A program made the translations under genes and the position numbers. From an uncultured Chloroflexia bacterium (GTDB lineage: Bacteria; Chloroflexota; Limnocylindria; Limnocylindrales; CSP1-4), in NCBI GenBank assembly GCA_963746845.1, contig CAVVCZ010000004.1, forward strand, positions 768,001 to 832,000: a stretch of DNA of 64,000 nucleotides. Reading direction: 5' to 3'. Under the pieces are notes generated by a model. That model ran no database searches and was not told the origin of the DNA. It saw only the letters and a program-made list of their open reading frames with translations. The first letter of the stretch is position 1. Each line of letters opens with the position of its first letter. Below, piece after piece: positions 18,633-27,605 of the stretch.

Positions 18633-19316
18633 ATGAGCACGCAACTGCTGCACGTGATCAGTACCCCGCGCGGGCTGGCGTCGAACACGGGCCGGGTGTC
18701 GAGCGCGCTGCTGGAGGCGATCCTCGAGCAGGACGAGGATGTCGACGTCCGGACGCTCGACCTGTTCAAGACCGACCTGCCGTCGGTCGCCGGCCGGAAC
18801 ATCGAGTCCAAGTACAAGCTGATGACCGGGCAGACGCTCGACGAGGCGTCGCGCGATTCGTGGCACGAGATCGAGGCGACGATCGAGCAGTTCCTCGCGG
18901 CCGACGTCTACGTGCTGACGGTCCCGATGTGGAACCTCGGCGTCCCGTACGTGTTGAAGTACTACATCGACGCCATCGTCCAGCCTGGCTACCTCTTCCG
19001 GTACACCGAGCAGGGGACGGTCGAGGGCCTGGCGAAGGACAAGAAGATGATCTGCGTCACGTCGCGCGGCAGCGACTACTCGAGCCAGCCGATGAAGGCG
19101 TTCGACTTCGTCGAGGGCTACCTGCGGACGATCTTCGGGTTCGTCGGGATCACGGACGTGACGTTCTTCAACGTCCAGCCGATGGACATGGGGCAGGACA
19201 TCCGGAAGTCGGCCCAGCGCTCCGCGATCCGCGATGTCCGCGAATACGCCGCCAGCGGCGCCTGGCGGATCGACGCCGGCCTCGCGCTGCCCGAGCGGGA
19301 GCTGGTCGCCGTCTGA
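18633..19316 (+). CDS. azoR: FMN-dependent NADH-azoreductase
   Basis: STPRG, VPMWNLGVPYVLKYYID, FRYTEQG, TSRGSDY, YLRTIFGFVG. Confidence 0.88.
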   Translation: MSTQLLHVISTPRGLASNTGRVSSALLEAILEQDEDVDVRTLDLFKTDLPSVAGRNIESKYKLMTGQTLDEASRDSWHEIEATIEQFLAADVYVLTVPMWNLGVPYVLKYYIDAIVQPGYLFRYTEQGTVEGLAKDKKMICVTSRGSDYSSQPMKAFDFVEGYLRTIFGFVGITDVTFFNVQPMDMGQDIRKSAQRSAIRDVREYAASGAWRIDAGLALPERELVAV

Positions 19317-19384
19317 TCGCAACCCACCGGCAACCGAGACGTCACCTTCCGCCTCATCGAGCGCCGGGCTATGATCGGCGCTCG

Positions 19385-19474
19385 ATGATCGCTGACCCCC
19401 TGCTCCAGATCGGACGCTGTTGCTCCTGTCCCCGGCGAGTGCCGGCTCGGACAGTGGCGCGCCCGGTCATCTGA
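19385..19474 (+). CDS. Putative Cys-rich leader peptide MIADPLLQIGRCCSCPRRVPARTVARPVI (29 aa)
   Basis: TATGAT -10 at 19370-19375; clustered TGT-TGC-TCC-TGT codons; the stop overlaps a sequence complementary to the SD of the downstream gene. Confidence 0.6.
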   Translation: MIADPLLQIGRCCSCPRRVPARTVARPVI

Positions 19475-19579
19475 CCTCCGGCAGCACCCGAGCGGGTCCT
19501 CGCACCACCCCTTTCCGTGGTGAGCAGGCGCATCTGACGCCGCTCCCACGCGCGTTGCCCGCCTTCCGGAGGTCCCCAC

Positions 19580-20089
19580 GTGTCCCTGCTCACGCCCCCT
19601 GCGCGCCGCATCGATCCACGCGGTCAGCGCTTCGGCGCCGGCGTCTCGGCCGTCGTCCTCATCGTCTCGCTGATCCTCGGCGAGCCCTGGCTGGCCCTGC
19701 TCGTCGGGCTCAACCTCGCGGTCTCGGCCGCGTTCGGCACGCGGCTGTTCCTGCCGGGGCGCCTGTGGCCCACCGTCCGCTCGTCGCTCCGGCTCGGGCC
19801 ACCGGCCGAGCTGGAGCATGAATACCCGCCCCGGTTCGCCCAGGCACTGGGCGCGACCGCGCTCACCCTGGCCGCCGTGTCGTTCCTGGTCGGCGCGACG
19901 ACCCTCGGTTGGATCCTCGTCGGCCTGGTCGCGGCACTGCAGACCGTCCTGGCCGTGACCGGGATCTGCATCGGCTGCCGGCTCTACTTCCTGCGCTGGT
20001 GGATCCCGGCGCTCGCCGCTCGCCTGTTCGGACGGGCGGACCGACTCGTCGGCGTCGCCGTCGTCCCGATCCGGTACCCCGAGCGGTAG
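19580..20089 (+). CDS. DUF4395 domain membrane protein
   Basis: IDPRGQRF, E.EYPPRFAQALG, LAVTGICIGCRLY signature; GGAGG SD. Confidence 0.85.
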   Translation: MSLLTPPARRIDPRGQRFGAGVSAVVLIVSLILGEPWLALLVGLNLAVSAAFGTRLFLPGRLWPTVRSSLRLGPPAELEHEYPPRFAQALGATALTLAAVSFLVGATTLGWILVGLVAALQTVLAVTGICIGCRLYFLRWWIPALAARLFGRADRLVGVAVVPIRYPER

Positions 20090-20118
20090 CCCGCGCCGAT
20101 CTCTGAGAAGATCGGACG

Positions 20119-21009
20119 ATGACCCAGCGCGGCCTCGTCCTCTTCGCCCTGATGTCGGTCATCTGGGGCATCCCCTACCTGTTCATCCGGGTCGCGGTCG
20201 CGGAGGTCACGCCCGCGTTCCTCGTCCTCGCCCGCACGTCCCTCGCCACCGCGATCCTGCTGCCGATCGCCCTCGCCAAGGTCGACCTCCGGCCGATCCT
20301 GGGCCGATGGCGCTGGCTGGTCGCGTTCGCCCTGATCGAGATCGCCCTCCCGTGGCTGATGCTTGGCTCGGCCGAGCAGCACCTGACGAGCTCGCTCACC
20401 GGCATCCTCATCGCCGGCGTGCCGCTCGTCGGCACGGTGTTCGCCCTGCTGACAGGCGGATCGGACCGGCTCGGCCGGACGGCGTGGCTCGGGCTGTTCG
20501 TCGGCCTGGCGGGCGTCGTCGCGATCGTCGGCGCCGACCTCGGCACGAGCGACGCGCTGGCGTTCCTCCAGGTCGGGGTCGTCGTCGTCTGCTACGCGGT
20601 GGGGCCGGCCATCCTCGCCCGACGGCTCGGCGGGCTGCCGTCGCTCGGCGTGATGGCCCTGTCCCTGTTGGGCTGTGCGCTCCTCTACCTGCCGATCGGG
20701 CTGGCCCAGTGGCCGGCGACGACGCCATCGACGAACGTCGTCGTCTCGATCCTCGTGCTCGCCGTGGTCTGCACCGCGGCCGCGTTCCTCGTCTTCGCAG
20801 CGCTGATCGGTGAGATCGGCCCGGTCCGGGCGACCGTGATCACCTACATCAACCCCGCCGTGGCGGCGATCCTCGGCGTGCTCGTGCTCAACGAGACCCT
20901 GACCCCGGTCATGCTCGCCGGGTTCGTCCTCGTGATCGTCGGCTCGGTCCTCGCGACACGTCGGCCGACGGCCGCGCCGCAGCCCCGGGCCATCGCGGCC
21001 GAAGCCTAG
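20119..21009 (+). CDS. EamA/DMT family transporter
   Basis: IWGIPYLFIR, about 10 TMs, GPVRATVITYINPAVA...LNE. Confidence 0.9.
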   Translation: MTQRGLVLFALMSVIWGIPYLFIRVAVAEVTPAFLVLARTSLATAILLPIALAKVDLRPILGRWRWLVAFALIEIALPWLMLGSAEQHLTSSLTGILIAGVPLVGTVFALLTGGSDRLGRTAWLGLFVGLAGVVAIVGADLGTSDALAFLQVGVVVVCYAVGPAILARRLGGLPSLGVMALSLLGCALLYLPIGLAQWPATTPSTNVVVSILVLAVVCTAAAFLVFAALIGEIGPVRATVITYINPAVAAILGVLVLNETLTPVMLAGFVLVIVGSVLATRRPTAAPQPRAIAAEA

Positions 21010-22010
21010 CCCGCGACCTCGGGGGCCTCGCCCGCGGCGGGCCCCGGCCCGGTCGCGAGTCGGACCTCATCCCGGAGGGGCTCGCCGGCGAGGAACCGGG
21101 TGATGTTCGCGGTGCAGCGCTCGACGACGCCGGCCATGCTGTTCCGGCTGCCGCCGCCGAGATGCGGCGTGACGATCACCTCGGGCACGTCGGCGAACGG
21201 GTTCGTCCCGTCCGTCTCGCGTTCCAGAACATCGAGGCCGGCCCCGGCCAGGTGGCCGGTCCGGATCGCGTCCCGAAGCGCGACCTCGTCGACGAGGCCG
21301 CCGCGCCCGCAGTTCACGAGGTACGCGCCGATCGGCATCCGCGCCAGCTCGGCCCGTCCGATCAGGTGGTGGGTCTCGGGCGTCAGCGGGACGTGCAGCG
21401 TCACGATCGTGGACACCGCGAGCAGCTCGTCCAGTGGGAGCCGCTCCGCGCCGAACCTCGCCTCGATCTCCGGCATCGGTCGGCGCGACTGGAAAAGGAG
21501 GCGCGATCCGAACGGCACGAGTCGCTCCGCGACGCTCTGGCCGATCTGGCCCATGCCGACGATCCCGACCGTCGCGTCGGCCAGGTCGTCGATCCCGCGC
21601 CGGATGATCTCGGCCGGGGCGAACCAGCCGGCCCGCGTGGCGGGTTCCGTCAAGGGCAGCCGCTTCACCAGGGCGAGCATCAGCATGACGGCGTGCTCGG
21701 CTGCACCCGTGCGGTTGACCCCGGGGTTGTAGGCCACCCGCACGCCCGCAGCCGAGGCCGCGGCCTGGTCGATCGTGTCGATCCCGACCCCGATCGCCTG
21801 GAGGAACCGCGCATTCGGCGCCGACGCCAGCGTCGCGGCGTCGATCGGACGGCGGGCGTTCACGAGGACGACGGCGTCGGCGGCCACCCGAGCGAACTCC
21901 TCGACGTCGAACGAGGTGACCGCGGCGACCTCGACACCGGGCGGGAGGCGCTCCGCGAAGCGTCCGGCGAGGTCGGCGAGGGCCGGATCGACCAGAAGGA
22001 CCTTGACCAT
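21006..22010 (-). CDS. D-isomer-specific 2-hydroxyacid dehydrogenase
   Basis: GIVGMGQIG, LHVPLTPET, VNCGRGGLVDE, TPHLGG; TAGACT before ATG 22010. Confidence 0.9.
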   Translation of the reverse strand: MVKVLLVDPALADLAGRFAERLPPGVEVAAVTSFDVEEFARVAADAVVLVNARRPIDAATLASAPNARFLQAIGVGIDTIDQAAASAAGVRVAYNPGVNRTGAAEHAVMLMLALVKRLPLTEPATRAGWFAPAEIIRRGIDDLADATVGIVGMGQIGQSVAERLVPFGSRLLFQSRRPMPEIEARFGAERLPLDELLAVSTIVTLHVPLTPETHHLIGRAELARMPIGAYLVNCGRGGLVDEVALRDAIRTGHLAGAGLDVLERETDGTNPFADVPEVIVTPHLGGGSRNSMAGVVERCTANITRFLAGEPLRDEVRLATGPGPAAGEAPEVAG

Positions 22011-22179
22011 GGGCTCGCAGTCTAGCCAGCGACGCGGCGAAATAACGGGTCCCGCGCCGCCCGGGTAGCCCGTTCTCCCGATGTCCGGCGGCGCCTTTAG
22101 CCCGAGTCTGGAAGACGCCACGGGACCACGAGCTCTCGAACCACCACCCACCAGCGACAGAACCCGGAAGGGGGACTCC

Positions 22180-23049
22180 ATGACGATCGCGCACGTGACA
22201 GCCACGCCGAACCCGGCGGCCACGATGACCACGGCGCTCCCGGCGCCCGACTTCGAGGCGATCAAGGTCCGCCAGCAGGCGACCTGGGCCAGCGGCGACT
22301 ACCACATGATCGCGACCCAGATCCAGATCGTGTCGGAGCTGATGATCGAGGCGCTCGACCTGCGCTCCACCGAACGCGTCCTCGACGTCGCGACCGGCAG
22401 TGGCAATGCGGCCATCGCCGCGGCACGACGCGGTTGCCAGGTCGTCGGCGTCGACTACGTCCCGGCACTGCTCGAGCGGGCGCGCCAGCGCACGAAGGCC
22501 GAGGGTCTTGCCGTCGACTACGTCCAGGGGGATGCGGAGGCGCTGTCCTTCCTCGACGGCAGCTTCGACGTCGTCGTCTCGGTCTTCGGCGCGATGTTCG
22601 CCCCGAACCAGGAGCAGACCGCGGCGGAGCTGGTTCGCGTCACCCGGCCCGGCGGCCGGATCGGCCTGGTCGCGCACACCCCCGACGGCTTCATCGGCCA
22701 GCTGTTCCGGACGATCGCGAAGCACGTCCCGCCGCCGGCCGGACTCCGATCGCCCATCCAGTGGGGCACCGAGATCCGGCTGCACGAGCTGTTCGGGGAC
22801 GAGATGTCGTCCCTCCAGGCGACGAAGCGCGAGTACGTGTTCCGGGAGCGCTCGCCCGAGGCCTGGGTCGAGTACTGGAAGCGCTACTACGGGCCGACGA
22901 AGAAGGCCTTCGAGGCCGTGAGCGGGGTCGCCGGACGGGTGGCCCTCGAACACGACCTGCTCGAGCTGATCGGGCGGTTCAACCGCGCCGATGACGGCAC
23001 GATGGTCGTCCCGACCGAGTACCTCGAGGCGGTGATCACCAGGGCGTGA
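22180..23049 (+). CDS. Class I SAM-dependent methyltransferase
   Basis: VLDVATGSGNAA, GDAEAL, FDVVVSVFGAMF, VTRPGGRIGL. Confidence 0.92.
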   Translation: MTIAHVTATPNPAATMTTALPAPDFEAIKVRQQATWASGDYHMIATQIQIVSELMIEALDLRSTERVLDVATGSGNAAIAAARRGCQVVGVDYVPALLERARQRTKAEGLAVDYVQGDAEALSFLDGSFDVVVSVFGAMFAPNQEQTAAELVRVTRPGGRIGLVAHTPDGFIGQLFRTIAKHVPPPAGLRSPIQWGTEIRLHELFGDEMSSLQATKREYVFRERSPEAWVEYWKRYYGPTKKAFEAVSGVAGRVALEHDLLELIGRFNRADDGTMVVPTEYLEAVITRA

Positions 23050-23114
23050 CCCAGCGGCGGCCCCGTCGCGGCATGGCCGCCCCGACGAGACGCCGCCCGC
23101 TCCTTCCCGGCGCC

Positions 23115-23151
23115 GGCACCGATCGACAGTTCTCCCGCGTCGATCGGTGCC
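23115..23151. terminator. Strong 13-bp hairpin after the methyltransferase (no U-tract)
   Basis: GGCACCGATCGAC (23115-23127) / GTCGATCGGTGCC (23139-23151). Confidence 0.4.
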
Positions 23152-23234
23152 AGCGCGCGTCTGCGCGCCTGTGCCCGCGCAGTGGACAGCCCGCCTTCGG
23201 GTGACCGACACGCCGGGCCGGCTACGATGCGGTC

Positions 23235-23690
23235 ATGCCGTTGACCGGGGAGTACGAGCCGAGCACGGCCGGCTGGGCACGCAAGCAGGCCGAGGCCTAC
23301 GAGGCGTCCGATGGTCGCGAGGCGGCGACGCTGCGCGGCCGCCCGGTGATCGTCCTGACATCCGTCGGCGCCCGGACCGGCAAGCTCCGCAAGACCGCGC
23401 TGATGCGCGTCGAGCGCGACGGCGTCTACGCGGTGGTGGCGTCCCTCGGGGGCGCTCCGCACCACCCGGTCTGGTACCACAACCTCGTCGCCAACCCGCA
23501 GGTCGAGCTGCAGGACGGCCCGAACCGGCGCGACTTCCTCGCGCGCGAGGTCGGGGGCGACGAGAAGGCGGTGTGGTGGGCGCGCGCCGTCGAGACGTGG
23601 CCGGACTACGCGCGATACCAGGAGAAGACGGACCGCGAGATCCCCGTCTTCGTCCTGGAGCCGCTCGAACCCTCCGCGTCGCCGGGCTGA
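23235..23690 (+). CDS. Deazaflavin (F420)-dependent nitroreductase, Ddn family
   Basis: [46 protein letters not shown]. Confidence 0.92.
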   Translation: MPLTGEYEPSTAGWARKQAEAYEASDGREAATLRGRPVIVLTSVGARTGKLRKTALMRVERDGVYAVVASLGGAPHHPVWYHNLVANPQVELQDGPNRRDFLAREVGGDEKAVWWARAVETWPDYARYQEKTDREIPVFVLEPLEPSASPG

Positions 23691-23702
23691 GGCGAACCGG
23701 CC

Positions 23703-24113
23703 TCAGGCGGTGACGGGCTCCATCTTCTCGACGAATTCGGCGCGCCACGCCGGAGCCTCGAACGGGTTCGCGAAGTATTCGGTCATCTTCGCGATCTTGC
23801 CGTCGCGCAGCTCACCGATCCCGACCCAGCTGACGGGCACGCCGTCCCCGTAGTCGATCGTGCCCTCGACGACGAACACGTCCCCGCCCCCGAGCATCCG
23901 CTTGTACTTGAACGTCGGCGAGGTACCGGACATCTCCGGGTAGTGCTCGGCCAGCCGCGCCGACGAGGCCTTCGACAGGCGCTCTCCGGACTGCGGCCAC
24001 TCCTCCACGAAGTCGTCGGTCCCATAGGCCCCGATGAACTGGGTCAGCTTCCCGAAGTCGCCCGTCTTGAGCACGGCCTCCATGGCCGCCGCGAGCTCTC
24101 TCGTGTCCCCCAT
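23703..24113 (-). CDS. NTF2/SnoaL-like protein
   Basis: EEWPQSGER, ELRDGKIAKMTEYFANPFEAPAWR; AAGGAGG SD. Confidence 0.85.
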   Translation of the reverse strand: MGDTRELAAAMEAVLKTGDFGKLTQFIGAYGTDDFVEEWPQSGERLSKASSARLAEHYPEMSGTSPTFKYKRMLGGGDVFVVEGTIDYGDGVPVSWVGIGELRDGKIAKMTEYFANPFEAPAWRAEFVEKMEPVTA

Positions 24114-24178
24114 CGGAACGCCCTCCTTGATGGTGTGGACGGCTAGCGTGGACCCGTGGCCCACTCCCCGCAAGCGGC

Positions 24179-24814
24179 TTATCCACCAACTCCGTCGCTC
24201 GTGGCCCACGGCGATCGGGCCATCCAGCCGACGAGGTCGGTCTGGTTGAGGAGCCTCGCGCTCTGGCAGGTCGGCCGGCGGTTCGCCTCGCGGCGGATCG
24301 CGTCGCCGAAGTGGCGGTCGAACGGGCCGCGCGGGAACGCACGCACGACGCCCGGTCGAACCTGATCGACGAGCTCGTAGCCGTCGCCACGGACGTCGAG
24401 CCCGGTGGCTCGATCGAGCAGGACAGCCTCGACGCCGTCCGCGAGGGTCACGCCCGGCTGCATGTGGAGGATGATCGCGACCGCCACCCGGTCGGCGGCG
24501 TCCGCGGGCAAGCCGCGCCGCTCGAGGAAGCGCCGCGCGAACTCCGCTCCTTCGACCTCGAAGCACATCGTGTTGCGCGGGATGCTCGTCAGCCCACCGT
24601 CGTGCATGAGCGAAGCCGTCCACAGGATCTGCGGGTCGACCGACCAGCCCTCGCGCTCCGCGATCGCCGCCCCCCAGCAGTACGCCCGGACCGAGTGGGC
24701 CAGGAGGTAGTCAGGCAGCGATCGGTGCGCCCACGACCAGGTCGCCGCGGACACGTCGTCCTGGGGCACCGCGAGCCCGCCGATGGCCGTCGGGAGCCGC
24801 GGGCTGGGTCGCAT
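24179..24814 (-). CDS. HD domain protein (cyanamide hydratase-like)
   Basis: HSVRAYCWG, LMHDGGL, FEVEGA, AIILH. Confidence 0.8.
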   Translation of the reverse strand: MRPSPRLPTAIGGLAVPQDDVSAATWSWAHRSLPDYLLAHSVRAYCWGAAIAEREGWSVDPQILWTASLMHDGGLTSIPRNTMCFEVEGAEFARRFLERRGLPADAADRVAVAIILHMQPGVTLADGVEAVLLDRATGLDVRGDGYELVDQVRPGVVRAFPRGPFDRHFGDAIRREANRRPTCQSARLLNQTDLVGWMARSPWATSDGVGG

Positions 24815-24833
24815 CGTCCGCGATCCCCGGCCG

Positions 24834-25538
24834 TCAGATCCGGCCTAGCAGGTCCGCCTTCTTCGCCTCGAACTCCTCGGTCGTGATCGCGCCGGAGTCG
24901 CGGAGCTTCGCCAAATCGGCCAGCGTCGCGGTCAGCTCGGCGGTCGACGGAGCGGCGGCAACGGGCGCGGCCGCCGGCTGGCTCGCCTGGGCCGACGCGA
25001 CGGCCTGCATGGCCGCCTGGCGGTCCGTGGCGGCGGCCGAGCCTGTCTTCTGCTCGACGATCGACTTCTTGAACGCATCGACGCCGCGAATCGACGTCAG
25101 CGTGTAGGCGCCGGCGTCGCCCGACGCCGAGATGATCCGGAGGTTGCCGTACCCGAGCGCCCGCCCGACAGCGGGGACCGTGCTGCGGACGTCCGCGATC
25201 GAGGTGAGGAGCGTGTCGTAGTTTCGCTGCCGGAGGAGACCCTCGTGACCCACGACCCGCTGCGTGGTCACGGCAAAGTCCGCCGTGCGCCAGGCCACGA
25301 TGTTGTAGGCGATCGAGCCGAGCGCACCGAGGACCAGGACGAGCTGACCCAGCCCCAGGAGGCGGTTGAAGAAGCCCATGACCCCGTTCGTCTGATCGCC
25401 CTGCAGCCACGCGAGGACGACCCCCAGGATCAGCAGGAGGATCGCCCATTTCGAATCGGCGAGCGGCGAGATCCAGTGCTTCGTCGTCCGGGTGACGATC
25501 GACTCGCCGGCGATGAGCTCTTCCTCGATGTTGCTCAT
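24834..25538 (-). CDS. Membrane protein with bacterial PH domain and C-terminal SHOCT domain
   Basis: Two TMs; FAVTTQRV...GRALGYGNL; LAKLRDSGAITTEEFEAKKADLL. Confidence 0.85.
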   Translation of the reverse strand: MSNIEEELIAGESIVTRTTKHWISPLADSKWAILLLILGVVLAWLQGDQTNGVMGFFNRLLGLGQLVLVLGALGSIAYNIVAWRTADFAVTTQRVVGHEGLLRQRNYDTLLTSIADVRSTVPAVGRALGYGNLRIISASGDAGAYTLTSIRGVDAFKKSIVEQKTGSAAATDRQAAMQAVASAQASQPAAAPVAAAPSTAELTATLADLAKLRDSGAITTEEFEAKKADLLGRI

Positions 25539-25722
25539 GGGGTCCCACCTCGGTGCGGTCGCCGACGACGGTGTCGGGGATCGGCCAGCAGCGTCGCGGC
25601 CGCCTCCTCGCTCGTCAAGGGGAGGCCCACCCGTGCGACCGGGGGGACGCACGGAGGCGGAGGGCGCCGGCTTGCGGCTCCCTCCGCCGATGGATGCGGA
25701 TCGATAGGGATCGATCGTGCCG

Positions 25723-26127
25723 TCACGACGGCGCAGGCTTCTCCTGGACCGCCCAGCCGTTGCCGTCCGGATCGCTGAAGAAGGCGAACGAGTTCCACGG
25801 CCCGCCGTGGCCGTCCTTCCACTCACCGCCCTCGAACGAGCGGACCGGCGTGATGTCGACGCCGGCATCGGCGAGCTGCTGACGAGCCGCGTCGATGTCG
25901 GTCACGCACAGCTGGAGGCCCTGGAGCGTGCCGGGCTCCATCTTCGCCAGGCCCTTGCCGATCGAGATCGAGCAGGCCGATCCGGGCGGGGTCAGCTGGA
26001 CGACGCGGAACTCGTCGCCGACGGCGTGGTCGACATCGACGTTGAAGCCGCAACGCTCGCTGTAGAAGGCCTTCGCCCGATCGACGTCCGACACGGGGAC
26101 GACGACGAGCTCGAGGGTGAAGTCCAT
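25723..26127 (-). CDS. VOC/glyoxalase family protein
   Basis: LELVVVPVSDVDRAKAFY, VQLTPPGSACSI, FSDPDGNGWAVQE. Confidence 0.92.
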   Translation of the reverse strand: MDFTLELVVVPVSDVDRAKAFYSERCGFNVDVDHAVGDEFRVVQLTPPGSACSISIGKGLAKMEPGTLQGLQLCVTDIDAARQQLADAGVDITPVRSFEGGEWKDGHGGPWNSFAFFSDPDGNGWAVQEKPAPS

Positions 26128-26153
26128 GGCGGGCTCCTTCGCGTGACCGTCGA

Positions 26154-26633
26154 TCAGACCGGCGTGGCGAGACGGGCGAGCAGGTCGTCGAGGCGGTCGA
26201 ACCCGTCGTTCATGCCGTCCGCCATCCCGTTCTCGATCATCGCGTCACGCGCCTCGACCGTCTGGTACACGGAGTGGGTCCGGGCGATCGTCCGGCCGTC
26301 GCGCTCCTCGAGCACCAGCTTGTCGAGCGAGACGTGCCCGGGGGCTCCCTCGAACTCGAAGGTCTGGACCATGCCGTCGGGGCTCAGGTCGCCGTGGAAG
26401 ACGCCGTGGAAGCCATAGGCGTTGGTGCCGTCCGTGTGGACGTAGCGATAGCTGCCGCCCGCCCGCGGCTCCCACGTGTCGATGACCATCTCGTACTTGC
26501 GTGGCCCGAGCCACTGGACGATCAGGTCCGGGTCCGTCCAGGCCCGGAACACGAGCTCGCGCGGGGCATCGAACTCGCGGCTGACGTCGATGAACGGTAC
26601 GCCGGCCGGTGCGCTGATCTTCGTCTCGGACAT
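26154..26633 (-). CDS. SRPBCC/AHSA1 domain protein
   Basis: REFDAPRELVFRAWTDPDLIVQWLGP...ARDAMIENGM. Confidence 0.92.
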   Translation of the reverse strand: MSETKISAPAGVPFIDVSREFDAPRELVFRAWTDPDLIVQWLGPRKYEMVIDTWEPRAGGSYRYVHTDGTNAYGFHGVFHGDLSPDGMVQTFEFEGAPGHVSLDKLVLEERDGRTIARTHSVYQTVEARDAMIENGMADGMNDGFDRLDDLLARLATPV

Positions 26634-26668
26634 CGCTGGTTCCTCCAAGTGCTTCCCGGATCGATCGG

Positions 26669-27031
26669 TCACTCCGTCGGCTCGGCGGGCGCCGAGGTCG
26701 GGGTCGGGTCTGCCTGGAGACGGGCCAGCAGCGCGTCGAGACGGCCGTGGCTCTCCTCCCAGTACTGCTGGTAGCGGGCCAGCCACGCCGAGGCGTCGCG
26801 CAGAGCCTCCCCTTCGAGATGGCTCAGGCGGGCGGTCTGGCGGCGCTTGCGCGAGATCAGCCCGGCCCGTTCGAGGACCTTCAGGTGTCGCGAGATCGCC
26901 GGCTGAGAGACGCGGAAGGGTGCCGCCAGCTCGGCGACACTCGCGTCACCGTCGGTCAATCGGGCGAGGATCGCCCGTCGCGTCGGGTCGGCCAGCGCCC
27001 CGAACACCGCATCCAGCTGCTCCACCACCAC
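26669..27031 (-). CDS. ArsR/SmtB family transcriptional regulator
   Basis: FGALADPTRRAILARL...SQPAISRHLKVLERAGLI. Confidence 0.93.
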   Translation of the reverse strand: MVVEQLDAVFGALADPTRRAILARLTDGDASVAELAAPFRVSQPAISRHLKVLERAGLISRKRRQTARLSHLEGEALRDASAWLARYQQYWEESHGRLDALLARLQADPTPTSAPAEPTE

Positions 27032-27034
27032 TCC

Positions 27035-27066
27035 ATAACTACTACGTTATAGAACAATGTGGTGAT
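27035..27066. promoter_or_regulatory. Probable ArsR autoregulatory operator
   Basis: AT-rich patch with palindrome ATAAC-N6-GTTAT (27035-27050) and a degenerate copy AGAAC-N6-GTGAT (27051-27066) just upstream of arsR. Confidence 0.55.
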
Positions 27067-27089
27067 TAAAGCGGTAGGCAGCGTGGTTG

Positions 27090-27605
27090 TCAACCCCCGT
27101 CGGCCGACCTCCCGGTCGGGAGGCCGCCCAGCGGCTCGGGCTCCGGTTCGTCGTACCGGTCTCGATGGACCCACACCCACAGGGCCACGAGGAATCGTGC
27201 GAGCAGGCTCAGGCCGTAGCTCGCACACCAGACGCAGACGGCTCCGATCACGAACAGCTCGAGGTAGGTGAAGTACAGCTCGAAGATCACCCCGCCCAAC
27301 GACAGGCCGTAGTGCAGCGCGAGGAGCCGGCCGTCACCCGTTCGCCACCAGGCGATGGCGAGGCTGAACAGGACGAGCGACAGCGCCACGCCGAAGACCG
27401 CGACCGGGACGCCACCGATCCGGCTGTACGTCGACCGGGCGACCTCCTCGCAGCCGTGGAGGGGGCCGCAGACCGGCAGCTCGCCCCGAAGCTCCACTGA
27501 GGCGAGATACCCGGCGATCGCGAGCCCCACGAGGTCGAGCGCCGCCAGAACGGCGGCCGGGTGGAGCCGGCGCATCCGTCGCCAGCCGCCGGCGACGGAC
27601 GTCAC
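27090..27605 (-). CDS. Vitamin K epoxide reductase (VKOR) family protein
   Basis: Loop Cys pair (C...GCEEV..S.YS) and membrane CVWC motif. Confidence 0.9.
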   Translation of the reverse strand: MTSVAGGWRRMRRLHPAAVLAALDLVGLAIAGYLASVELRGELPVCGPLHGCEEVARSTYSRIGGVPVAVFGVALSLVLFSLAIAWWRTGDGRLLALHYGLSLGGVIFELYFTYLELFVIGAVCVWCASYGLSLLARFLVALWVWVHRDRYDEPEPEPLGGLPTGRSADGG

